Sequence record: NC_061450.1
Direction: 5' to 3' (one strand)
DNA: 64,000 bases
The notes under the pieces: generated by a model
Databases searched by the model: none
Told to the model about the DNA's origin: nothing
Seen by the model: the letters and a program-made list of their open reading frames with translations, nothing else
Program-made: the position numbers and the translations under genes
Shown: positions 26,523-35,308 of the stretch, piece after piece
Numbering within the stretch: position 1 is the first letter of the stretch
How the letters are laid out: the number at the start of each line of letters is the position of its first letter

Positions 26523-26744
26523 ATGGCCGTCTTCGCAACAATCGTTATTGCGTTTGTCGTGTTGATTACGTTAATCACAGTTGTCATTTCCATAGGCAAC
26601 CGGACGATTGTAGCCGAGATGGAATATGATTTACAGGAAGCACTGGCAGCCATTGATGCGGCTCGCCGCTTTTACGCACGCCAATCTATGTACCACTTAT
26701 CAGGAAAGGACTATGCAAATCAAAAAATGGGTGTCACAAAATAA
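26523..26744 (+). CDS. Small membrane protein
   Basis: N-terminal hydrophobic helix VFATIVIAFVVLITLITVVISI. Confidence 0.7.
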   Translation: MAVFATIVIAFVVLITLITVVISIGNRTIVAEMEYDLQEALAAIDAARRFYARQSMYHLSGKDYANQKMGVTK

Positions 26745-27249
26745 TCGTATCTCTCAGGCAAGCCGCACACGTCTTGAGGAAACGGTCAACACTGAAATCC
26801 AACGCGTGATCGATCAGTGTTGTCTGCTGGTGGCCCGAGCTGAGACAGGCGGTGGCTTTGGACACGCTGCTGAGCACCTGACGCATCTGACCTGTATGCA
26901 CATCTATGCTCGTGGTCTGGGCGGCATTCAGCGTAACTGGCAAATGCCTACGTTAGTCATTTCATCGATTGACGTTATGCCCAGCTTCCAGCGCAAAGGC
27001 GTGTTCGCTGCTTTGTGTGATTCGTTAATCGATCACTGTATCCACAACAACTGGGTACTCAAAGTTGAAAACGTCTTGGTGCCGCATCTACGCAAGCATC
27101 TTGAACATCGTGGCTTCCTGCCATGTCCTAATGCTCATGGTACTGAGCTTGAGCACGGCAGTTTATACTGGCTGCCAAAACCCGAAGTGCGTGATCAACT
27201 GCCGCGCCTCGATATGTCGCGCATGAGTCAACTGAGGAATACAGCGTGA
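26713..27249 (+). CDS. GNAT-family acetyltransferase-like protein
   Basis: LVISSIDVMPSFQRKGVF (GNAT motif A); AAGGA RBS at ATG 26713. Confidence 0.65.
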   Translation: MQIKKWVSQNNRISQASRTRLEETVNTEIQRVIDQCCLLVARAETGGGFGHAAEHLTHLTCMHIYARGLGGIQRNWQMPTLVISSIDVMPSFQRKGVFAALCDSLIDHCIHNNWVLKVENVLVPHLRKHLEHRGFLPCPNAHGTELEHGSLYWLPKPEVRDQLPRLDMSRMSQLRNTA

Positions 27250-27461
27250 AGGCATTCTATCTCGCAATTCTCGCAGGCTGGACAAAGCTGCGGGGTTATG
27301 AACAGGTAGCAATCACCCTTGTGTTGGTGAACCTGTTAGGCGCCGTGTTAGTCAATATGATTAACCAAAACTTATCGCTGTTTCTACCCAGCGTGTTTCT
27401 GTTTGCTCTTAGCGGTATGGTCAGTGTTGGCCTCTGCATCAAAGAGCACAAGGTAGACTAA
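27246..27461 (+). CDS. Small membrane protein (2 TM)
   Basis: Two hydrophobic segments; GAGGA RBS, GTG start. Confidence 0.7.
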   Translation: MKAFYLAILAGWTKLRGYEQVAITLVLVNLLGAVLVNMINQNLSLFLPSVFLFALSGMVSVGLCIKEHKVD

Positions 27462-27497
27462 TCGCATTACCCATTTACTTTAGCTGAGGAGCTAACG

Positions 27498-27815
27498 ATG
27501 GCAACTTCATCAACTCAAATCACTTTCATCTTCCCTTTCCTGTCCACCTATGAAGTAACGCTGGGCAGCGGCAGTCTGGCTAACAAGCTGGGCTGCAATG
27601 AAATGCAGGAAAAGACCTACAATGGTCCTCAGGCACTCAACATCATGCTGGGCCTGCATGTGCAGGACGCGCTGCCTCTGTTTGATCGCAGCATTGTTAA
27701 CTTGATGGTCGATCATCAGGTGCGTTACGAAGAGGATATCGTCAGCGGCATGTATGATGCCTCAGGCCACGAGCCTCATGCTGGACTCATGGTTGTAGTC
27801 CACCACTTCCGTTAG
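27498..27815 (+). CDS. Hypothetical protein
   Basis: GAGGAG RBS. Confidence 0.75.
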   Translation: MATSSTQITFIFPFLSTYEVTLGSGSLANKLGCNEMQEKTYNGPQALNIMLGLHVQDALPLFDRSIVNLMVDHQVRYEEDIVSGMYDASGHEPHAGLMVVVHHFR

Positions 27816-27878
27816 TGGGATTGCTGGAACGTCTTTGCGAAGGCGTTCTGTCAATAATCACTGTGCTGAGGAGCATGT

Positions 27879-28289
27879 ATGAATCGCCCGCAACGCGGCA
27901 TCGTCTATAGTCTGTCAGAAATTCTGTGTGACCTTGAACTTCTGAAAAGCGCCGTTCTGTGTTTCTATGTGCAGGACGTGTGCTACCCAGACAACCGTAG
28001 CAGCACCGAGCAGATAGTCGATCACGAACACCTGACCGATGATAAATTTCTCAGCCTGCGGGGTTGGTCTGAGACTCAGTGGACGTTTGCTTACGAGACA
28101 AACGAATGGACTCCTGTGTTCCGCGCTGTTGATGATCGCAGTGTCGAGCAACTCTGTCACATTGAGCCGTATGTTGATCGTGATATGCAAGACATAAACC
28201 ACATGTGGGTAACACCTCGTGGTGGTGAACTTCCGCAACAGCCTGTTGCATACAATCCTGAAATCCATGGCACGTTGGAGGCACGATGA
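27879..28289 (+). CDS. Hypothetical protein
   Basis: GAGGAG RBS preceded by stable hairpin. Confidence 0.75.
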   Translation: MNRPQRGIVYSLSEILCDLELLKSAVLCFYVQDVCYPDNRSSTEQIVDHEHLTDDKFLSLRGWSETQWTFAYETNEWTPVFRAVDDRSVEQLCHIEPYVDRDMQDINHMWVTPRGGELPQQPVAYNPEIHGTLEAR

Positions 28290-28615
28290 ACAAAGAACAA
28301 CGCACTCGCATCATTACAGCAATGATGACCAATCTTATCGAGATTCGCAAAGTCACTGACATTGTGGTTCACGAACAAACCGTTGAGTTCAAGCTCAGGG
28401 GTAGTGCTTACATCGCGGAGATCTCTGAAAACCATCCCGATAAAATCAGTGTGCGCTTCCGCGACGACTATCAGTGGGCGCCCGACATTGAAAAGCAACT
28501 CAACCATCAGCCTCCAGTTAAGCATGTTGCCAATCGCGATCTGTTGCACCGTCCTCCGCAAAAGCCCAAGACGTTGCATGACGTGATTCAGTCCAAGTCT
28601 GTGCGTCGCAGTTAA
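28286..28615 (+). CDS. Hypothetical protein
   Basis: GGAGG RBS, ATGA overlap. Confidence 0.75.
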   Translation: MNKEQRTRIITAMMTNLIEIRKVTDIVVHEQTVEFKLRGSAYIAEISENHPDKISVRFRDDYQWAPDIEKQLNHQPPVKHVANRDLLHRPPQKPKTLHDVIQSKSVRRS

Positions 28616-28795
28616 TTGTTTGTAGAGGCTATTCCACCAGAGTGGCCTCGTTAAACAACAACCGCGGGGGATGGACTGTAAATGATAGATAGCACATAGC
28701 ACCAACACCAGAATTTGTAGTGGCAGTAAAGGCAATACAACAATCCACCGGCATAGACCGGTATACAGAAAATACCTAATCTCTAGGACATAAAA

Positions 28796-31303
28796 ATGAA
28801 AACTGCAATCAAAACTTCTATCGTAGCTTCTCTGGTAACTCTGGCTCTGGCACACGTATCAGCGGCCAATGCAACAACGCAGTATGACGGCGGCCTGATT
28901 AATGTGGGTGGCGGTGATGGTGGTCTGATTAACATCGGCGGTAACGGTGGCTTTATCAATATCGGAGGCAACACTGGAACTCAGACAGCCCTGAATGGTC
29001 TGAACACCAATCTGAATATTCTCGACGGCAAAGTAACCGTGATCGACGGTAAAGTTGTTGACCTGTCGAATAACGTTGCTGGTCTCAATACCACAGTATC
29101 TGGACTCAGCGGCACTGTGTCGCAGAACACCAAAGACATTGGTACGCTGACCAACAGCCTGAACTCGCAGAACACCAGCCTGACTAACGCTATCAATGCG
29201 GGCGACAAGCTGTTAAACGACAAACTGACCTCAGCTACTACCACGCTGGGCAGCCAGATCAAATCTACCAACGATCTCGCGGTGCAGGGTAACGCAACTG
29301 CAAACAACGCACTGACCACTGTGTACGGTCTGATCCCTCAGGTACTCAACAACGGCAAAGCAATCGCCGATGTGAAAACTGACCTGACCAAAGCTGTTGA
29401 TCAGGGCAAGCAAGTTGCAGGTCAACTCAATACCAAAATCGATGGTGTTGATTCAAAGGTTGATTCGCTGGCACAACAGGGGCAGGCTGCCTACACCGAA
29501 CTGAAAGGCGATGTGTCTCAGGTTGATGGACGTGTGACTGACCTCGCTAATCAGGGCAAGCAAGTTGCAGGCCAGCTCAACGATAAGATTGATGGCGTTT
29601 CAACTCAGACCAACGGCCGTATCGATGACCTGACTGCGAAAGCAAATCAGTTTGCATCCGATACAACTGCCGCTATCAGCAACGTTAACGATAAAGCCGA
29701 CGCAGGTATTGCGCTGGGTGCTGCCGCTAACGTAAAAGCTGATCTGGTTGGTGCTGGCCTCATCGCTAACTCTGTGTGGGATGCGCATCAGCAAAAAGAG
29801 ATTGATGCCAACACTAAAGGTCTGGCAGCAAACAACGCGCTGGATGCGAAACAGCAAACGCAGATTGACGCGAATACTAAGACGGGTACTCAGAACTCCA
29901 AAGACATTGGCGGTCTGCAATCCGGTCTCGCGGCAAACACAGCGGTTGATGCGAAACAACAGCATCAGATTGACTGGCTGAAAAGTGACTCGGCTGCCAA
30001 CAAAGCAACTGACGCTAAACAGCAAACGCAGATCGATGCCAATACCAAAACTGGCACGCAGAACGGTAAAGCAATCGGCGAACTGCAAACTGGTCTGGCT
30101 GTTACCGATGCACGTTCAATCGACAACAGCGGCCGCATCACTGATCTGGTTAACGTCACCGATAAAGATCGTACTGACATTAACACCCGTGTTGACGGTG
30201 TGTCCAATCAAGTCAACAAGAACGGTGAGCGCATTACCGACCTGGTCAATGTGACTGATAAAGACCGCACCGACATTAACGTGCGTGTTGATGGCGTGTC
30301 TAATCAAGTCAATCAAAACACCAACGACATTAAGAACGTGGGCAACGTTGCAAATGATGCGTACAACAACGCATACAACGCGCAGCAAACTGCCAACGCC
30401 GGTGTAGCAATCGGGCAGGACGCCAAGAACACTGCAATCAATGCGCAGAACACCGCGGACGTTGCAGTTGGTATCGGCCAGAAGAACAGCAACGATATCA
30501 TCAACACCAACAATGTTCTGAACCAGAACGTTAAGCAAACCCAGACCAACACCACCAACATTGTTAATCTGGATAATCGCACTACGCAGAACACCTCTGA
30601 TATTCAGACCACGCGCAACGATCTGACCAACACCAACAATGTGCTGACTCAGAACGTCAAGCAAACGCAGTCGAATACCAATCGTATCACGGTGAATGAA
30701 GGCAACATTGCCAACAACACCAAGCAGATCAATGTTAACACCACCAACATTGCTAACCACGAAACGCGCATCACCAACAGCGAAACCAACATTGCGAACA
30801 ACACCACTGAGATCAAAAAGACTCAGACTGTTGTCAACAACCAGGGTAAAGTGTTGCAGAACCATGAGACGCGTATCACCAACAACGAAACCAACATCAA
30901 CAACCTGGCTGGTGATTACTACCAGTTCCAAGATACCTACAACTACAACAATCAGGTCATCAATCAGAACATCCAGAGCTACTCTAATCAGGCTGTTCAG
31001 AAATCGAAAGCGTACACTGATCAGCAGGTCGGTAACCTGCGCAACGATTGGCAGCGTGGACGCAGCGAAGACCAGAGCGAATATCGTAGCGGTATCGCGG
31101 GTGTTGCTGCAATGTCTAACATCCCTAACGTTCCAGGCACCAAGTGGAACATGGGTGCAGGCGTGGGCCAGTTCCACGACAAGACAGCGCTGGCCGTTGG
31201 TGGTCACCTGAACATCAGCAACAACGTTTCTGTAAAAGCAAGTCTGGGCTTTGCTAATGACAGTGACGCCGTCGCTGGTATCGGTATGAGCATCGGTAAC
31301 TAA
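28796..31303 (+). CDS. Trimeric autotransporter adhesin (YadA-like)
   Basis: Signal peptide MKTAIK...AHVSAANA; Asn/Thr-rich heptad stalk; SKAYTDQQV neck; YadA-type anchor SGIAGVAAM...GAGVGQFHDKTALAVG...VKASLG...GIGMSIGN. Confidence 0.9.
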   Translation: MKTAIKTSIVASLVTLALAHVSAANATTQYDGGLINVGGGDGGLINIGGNGGFINIGGNTGTQTALNGLNTNLNILDGKVTVIDGKVVDLSNNVAGLNTTVSGLSGTVSQNTKDIGTLTNSLNSQNTSLTNAINAGDKLLNDKLTSATTTLGSQIKSTNDLAVQGNATANNALTTVYGLIPQVLNNGKAIADVKTDLTKAVDQGKQVAGQLNTKIDGVDSKVDSLAQQGQAAYTELKGDVSQVDGRVTDLANQGKQVAGQLNDKIDGVSTQTNGRIDDLTAKANQFASDTTAAISNVNDKADAGIALGAAANVKADLVGAGLIANSVWDAHQQKEIDANTKGLAANNALDAKQQTQIDANTKTGTQNSKDIGGLQSGLAANTAVDAKQQHQIDWLKSDSAANKATDAKQQTQIDANTKTGTQNGKAIGELQTGLAVTDARSIDNSGRITDLVNVTDKDRTDINTRVDGVSNQVNKNGERITDLVNVTDKDRTDINVRVDGVSNQVNQNTNDIKNVGNVANDAYNNAYNAQQTANAGVAIGQDAKNTAINAQNTADVAVGIGQKNSNDIINTNNVLNQNVKQTQTNTTNIVNLDNRTTQNTSDIQTTRNDLTNTNNVLTQNVKQTQSNTNRITVNEGNIANNTKQINVNTTNIANHETRITNSETNIANNTTEIKKTQTVVNNQGKVLQNHETRITNNETNINNLAGDYYQFQDTYNYNNQVINQNIQSYSNQAVQKSKAYTDQQVGNLRNDWQRGRSEDQSEYRSGIAGVAAMSNIPNVPGTKWNMGAGVGQFHDKTALAVGGHLNISNNVSVKASLGFANDSDAVAGIGMSIGN
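29402..30905 (+). repeat. Intragenic duplicated stalk modules in adhesin
   Basis: Pairs with periods 150 nt (QGKQVAGQLN), 168 nt (DAKQQTQIDANTKTGTQN), 96 nt (RITDLVNVTDKDRTDIN), 126 nt (NTNNVL.QNVKQTQ), 105 nt (NHETRITN). Confidence 0.85.
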
Positions 31304-31314
31304 GTAAAACCTCT

Positions 31315-31338
31315 GGGTGCCTTCGGGCACCCTTTGTT
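31315..31338 (+). terminator. Intrinsic terminator (UUCG hairpin)
   Basis: GGGTGCC-TTCG-GGCACCC-TTTGTT. Confidence 0.85.
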
Positions 31339-31358
31339 ACTTGTCAGGAGATTTCAAT

Positions 31359-31532
31359 ATGGGTTATCCAACTTGCGCTGATTGCGGTTGTCGAATCCGC
31401 AGCGGCTATTGCACCAACTGTCAGGAAGAAGCCTATATCATGGACGTTCAGGCGGCAGAAATGGATATAGAGTTCAGTCCTGAATTTTCAGAAGTAGCCG
31501 CAGAGCAACGTAGACCAATTAAAGGTGAGTAA
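31359..31532 (+). CDS. Small zinc-ribbon protein
   Basis: CADCG...YCTNC; CAGGAG RBS. Confidence 0.65.
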   Translation: MGYPTCADCGCRIRSGYCTNCQEEAYIMDVQAAEMDIEFSPEFSEVAAEQRRPIKGE

Positions 31533-32049
31533 AATGAATTTTGCTATCATCAAAGCACTCAAAGCAGTTGGCGAGGAGATTGATAGTCTGTTCAATGCCA
31601 GCCCATTCCATGAAACGTCTATTCGACTGACTTGGTCACAACAAGCAACAAACGACGATTTCCTCGATGAGTTTACTCGCATTGATTTCCGCGTGTTCAC
31701 CAAGCAAACTCATCCCAACGAACGTCAGCACAAGAAGATTGAAGACTACACGCTGGGCTTTGAGTTTCGTTGGGATGCCAGTGTCCCACAACCTGATGCC
31801 TATCTCCGTTTCGGATTGTACTCTGCTTCAGGCATGGAAGCAACTGTTCTACCATGGGTGCCTTATATGGACTTTATTGACCAGTCTGCTTTTGGGGTAT
31901 GCAACAGACTGCTGGGACAAGTTGCTCATGCGCCTGAGTTTCAGGCTCATTTAAAAACATATACCGATGCGGCCATTGATTCACGTTGGATTGCAGATGT
32001 TTTGAGTGCATTTGCAGATCAGCGCACCATGATCGAGTCATGCCTGTAG
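31525..32049 (+). CDS. Hypothetical protein
   Basis: 174-aa ORF in operon. Confidence 0.7.
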   Translation: MSKMNFAIIKALKAVGEEIDSLFNASPFHETSIRLTWSQQATNDDFLDEFTRIDFRVFTKQTHPNERQHKKIEDYTLGFEFRWDASVPQPDAYLRFGLYSASGMEATVLPWVPYMDFIDQSAFGVCNRLLGQVAHAPEFQAHLKTYTDAAIDSRWIADVLSAFADQRTMIESCL

Positions 32050-32333
32050 CCTATGAGGCTGTTGTCGAACTTGTGGAAGAAGACGGCAGCTACGATCTCC
32101 CCGAGCTTCCACACATCTACTCCGCGTATGTTCGTGACGTTTGGACCAACAAACGCATCGACGTAAAGACACGCGGTAAAACTAAATTGCCTGAGGGCAG
32201 AATACGTTGGTCAAAGTCCGAAGAACTCGTTGAGTGGTTTGACGTTGACCCTTCTCGCTATACACTTTTCATTGTCAGTCCGTGGTCAGAACCCCATGAC
32301 GACAAACAGGAACAAGGAACTCAAGATGAATAA
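32040..32333 (+). CDS. Hypothetical protein
   Basis: ATG 32040. Confidence 0.65.
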   Translation: MPVAYEAVVELVEEDGSYDLPELPHIYSAYVRDVWTNKRIDVKTRGKTKLPEGRIRWSKSEELVEWFDVDPSRYTLFIVSPWSEPHDDKQEQGTQDE

Positions 32334-33210
32334 CTACAGTGGCAACGTTGACGCAATCAAACCTACAGTAGGTACCCTTCCAGTTGTCTTAATTGATGGT
32401 CTGAGAAGTCCTTCTCTCGGCCGTGTTATGGAAAGTGTGTTGATGTGGCAGAACGGCGAGATTGAACTGCAACTCGTCTCAGGACAAGATGCACCCCATC
32501 GCACAGGTGTGTACCTGTGTACTGACAGTCGCGGTAATGTACGTTACGGTAGCTTAACTGCAACTGCCGCAGACTGTTTTCGATTCAAAGAAAGCTACGC
32601 TAATGGCGGCAGCACTATTTGGTACGACATGGACGCAATGCCGAGTGAGTTCGTTGAGCCAGACGATCTTGACTTGGCTGATCTCAGCAACTGGATGCTG
32701 ATCATGCCTCTGGTCAGTGGCAACTACAGCGACCACAGTATGTTCCCCGAAGGCTACAGTCCTCGCGTAGAAGAAGTTTCAAGTTCAATCTCTCCGACTC
32801 CTTGTGACAACCGCACGCCAGACCAGTTGAACTCCATCGAGAAGTCTGGCATGAATGACCCTGAGCACGTAGAGCATTCTGAGGGTTACTATCAGTTTTA
32901 TCGCTGGGCACAAAACTTGCGTGGTGAAAACTTGAGAGCATTTCTGCTTTCTCTGTCTGCGTTCTTCAAACGTGACGTAGGTACAACTGAGTTGTTGCAG
33001 ATGCCTTTGTCAGAGTGGCGTCAGTACGCAACTTATCTGGCCACCAGTAACGTTGGTCCTGAATTGCTGAGTCTCTTCACTATTTCTCACTGCCGAAACA
33101 TCTATGTGCTGGCACGTAGCAGCTACTATCGCAGAATGGATAAACAGCCTCTGCCTCAGCGTGATTACGATGCCATGCGTCTGGAGGTAACAAATGGTAG
33201 AACTTGCTAA
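32326..33210 (+). CDS. Hypothetical protein
   Basis: AAGGA RBS, ATG 32326. Confidence 0.75.
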   Translation: MNNYSGNVDAIKPTVGTLPVVLIDGLRSPSLGRVMESVLMWQNGEIELQLVSGQDAPHRTGVYLCTDSRGNVRYGSLTATAADCFRFKESYANGGSTIWYDMDAMPSEFVEPDDLDLADLSNWMLIMPLVSGNYSDHSMFPEGYSPRVEEVSSSISPTPCDNRTPDQLNSIEKSGMNDPEHVEHSEGYYQFYRWAQNLRGENLRAFLLSLSAFFKRDVGTTELLQMPLSEWRQYATYLATSNVGPELLSLFTISHCRNIYVLARSSYYRRMDKQPLPQRDYDAMRLEVTNGRTC

Positions 33211-33403
33211 GGGACCACTCGGACAGTTAGTTTTCGTCTGGCTCTCAGTAATGGGATACTTTGCAGCACGCATCTACGGTCTGATTCAGGATGAACCTCT
33301 TGGTCTGGCGTTCATGTTTGCTGCTGCTATTGTTATTATGCGCCTCACGCCAATGGCCTGTGAATCGTTTCGCACCTACTGGTATCAAAGAAGGAAGAAC
33401 TAA
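33194..33403 (+). CDS. Small membrane protein (2 TM)
   Basis: GGAGG RBS; two hydrophobic segments. Confidence 0.7.
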   Translation: MVELAKGPLGQLVFVWLSVMGYFAARIYGLIQDEPLGLAFMFAAAIVIMRLTPMACESFRTYWYQRRKN

Positions 33404-33732
33404 TGTTTACACGTCTCAAGGAATTTTTAGAGATCTGGCCAACAACGTCAGAGGCTCTGGAGAAGCGTGCTGCCTGTGTCAAGACCGGACACCACTGTTA
33501 CGTTGTGAAAAACAAAACAGGGCAGGCAGAAGCGCAGCAACGTGAAACCGCCGTGCTGTGTTCTCGCATCAACTCTGAACAACAGCGCGAAGACATTCGC
33601 CGTACAGTTGCCCGAGAGCTGGAGCGTGACACAACGCTGTACCCCAAGCTGTTGACCTTTGGCTCTACTGGTACTCTCATTGTGGCTCCATTGAGCTACG
33701 ACGTTAACATTGCAGACATGATGGACCTCTAA
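33403..33732 (+). CDS. Hypothetical protein
   Basis: TAATG coupling. Confidence 0.7.
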   Translation: MFTRLKEFLEIWPTTSEALEKRAACVKTGHHCYVVKNKTGQAEAQQRETAVLCSRINSEQQREDIRRTVARELERDTTLYPKLLTFGSTGTLIVAPLSYDVNIADMMDL

Positions 33733-33733
33733 C

Positions 33734-34576
33734 ATGCTAAACAAAATCTCATTCGGCGCGGCTCTTCCTTACATGGAAATACGCCACGACAAAAATCCCA
33801 AGCGCAGCCTCGTGCTTACCAACAAGTCGTTTGAGTTCGAGCCTGGTCTGAACATGCTGGTGGGCGCTAACGGCAGCGGTAAGTCAACTCTGCTTGAAGC
33901 CATCGCAAAGCGCTTCCTGTGCTTTAACTTCGGTACGCCAAACCTCGATAAAGAAACGTTTGGCTATATGTCTGAACTGTGGGAAAAAGATGAGGAGTGG
34001 TCGTGGCGGGATGAGAAGTTCCTGCCTTATGTCGATGTTGTGGCTGAACCTATCCCGTACACAATGTACGCCAGCCCTGAGTTCACCCCGATGGGGCAGC
34101 CCAATCGTGCCTATGCTATGTGCTATGGCTTGGGCAAGATCGCCACTGAATACTACGACAAGGTAGATAGCCATTCGAGCGGTCAGGGCATGAGCAACGT
34201 ACTTGCCTCCATGTTTGAAATTCTACGTGGTGCTGAACGTCCCATTGGCCGCAGACAGGTAGAAAAGCATGAATGGCGTGATGAACGTGACAGTGGTAAA
34301 AAGCAAGTCAACTGGCTGGACCAAAACATCTTACCCAAGTCTGATGCGCCAGTCACGTTGTTGCTGGACGAGCCTGAACGTGCTCTTGACCTGAATGCGC
34401 AACTCAAGTTCTGGGCAGACCTGACAGAGTTTAGCAAACAGCCCAACGTCCAGATCATTATCGCAACCCACAGCATCATTCCAATGTTTATGCCTGATAT
34501 CAAAGTCAACTATGTTGAAATGACCGATGGCTATGCAGACAGCTTGACACAAGGCGTCAGAAAACTCAGCAAATAG
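33734..34576 (+). CDS. Stand-alone ABC/SMC-type ATPase
   Basis: Walker A GANGSGKST, signature-like HSSGQ, Walker B LLLDEPE, H-loop IATH; no TM domain. Confidence 0.85.
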   Translation: MLNKISFGAALPYMEIRHDKNPKRSLVLTNKSFEFEPGLNMLVGANGSGKSTLLEAIAKRFLCFNFGTPNLDKETFGYMSELWEKDEEWSWRDEKFLPYVDVVAEPIPYTMYASPEFTPMGQPNRAYAMCYGLGKIATEYYDKVDSHSSGQGMSNVLASMFEILRGAERPIGRRQVEKHEWRDERDSGKKQVNWLDQNILPKSDAPVTLLLDEPERALDLNAQLKFWADLTEFSKQPNVQIIIATHSIIPMFMPDIKVNYVEMTDGYADSLTQGVRKLSK

Positions 34577-34621
34577 CTGGTCAAAACAACTGCTGCAAAA
34601 AGGAGTCTCGTGTGATATACT
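34569..34621 (+). promoter_or_regulatory. Promoter with conserved upstream box, copy 3
   Basis: GCAAATAGCTGGTCAAAA-6nt-CTGCAA-17nt(TGA)-TATACT. Confidence 0.75.
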
Positions 34622-34662
34622 TATTCAAGGGCAGTCAATCACAAATCTACAGGGACTTCACA

Positions 34663-34941
34663 ATGAACAAACATCAAAAGCGCTGCATCTTACGGGCGTT
34701 CTGCTTTGCACTAGGTCTATCGTTTTTATCGGGCCTGTGTGTAGGCTATTTCTTCTGGTTCGCCGAGCTTGATTTTACGATGGTTGCTATCGCCATCGGT
34801 TTTGGTGTTGTGGGTGTTGTTGGATTATTGGAGATAGGCACGTCCATCTCCAACTGCCTTGCACATGGACGTGTTAACGCTCGTCGGTATATCAACCGTA
34901 CTGTACGCAAAGCACGTTGTGATTTTGTAAACTATAGATAA
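34663..34941 (+). CDS. Small membrane protein (2 TM)
   Basis: AGGGA RBS; two hydrophobic segments. Confidence 0.7.
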   Translation: MNKHQKRCILRAFCFALGLSFLSGLCVGYFFWFAELDFTMVAIAIGFGVVGVVGLLEIGTSISNCLAHGRVNARRYINRTVRKARCDFVNYR

Positions 34942-34953
34942 TGCGAGGGCATT

Positions 34954-35307
34954 ATGATTCCTTATTACCACAGTCCGTTTTATTCGTCGTTGTTGATTTG
35001 GCGAAAACGTCTGCGTAACTGCGTTGCGTTGCTGATCGCCATCCTGTTGTTTCATGGGCGTGTGCCTCCTCCAGAATCTGTGCCAGACATGTGGTTCTGG
35101 ACAGGCTGTGTGTTTGGCGTGGTGTGCTTTGTTTGTTATTGCTACATGGCAATGTATGAGCGCTACATTCTTGAGGCATGTGACCACCTCAATAAAAACA
35201 CAATCATCGGCGTGCCTAACTTTGAAGCGTTAGAACATCGTCACGCAAAATGGTTCCGCCGTAAATTCAAATCGGAACCCCGTGAAACTAATACATGGAA
35301 AATTTAA
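34954..35307 (+). CDS. Small membrane protein (2 TM)
   Basis: GAGGG RBS; two hydrophobic segments. Confidence 0.65.
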   Translation: MIPYYHSPFYSSLLIWRKRLRNCVALLIAILLFHGRVPPPESVPDMWFWTGCVFGVVCFVCYCYMAMYERYILEACDHLNKNTIIGVPNFEALEHRHAKWFRRKFKSEPRETNTWKI

Positions 35308-35308
35308 C

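Noticed and set aside
30116-31330. 404-aa minus-strand ORF (and similar long antisense ORFs at 5853-6701, 21721-22581, 38848-39870, 63325-63999)
   Set aside because: Antisense shadows of strongly biased plus-strand genes; no RBS or recognisable motifs
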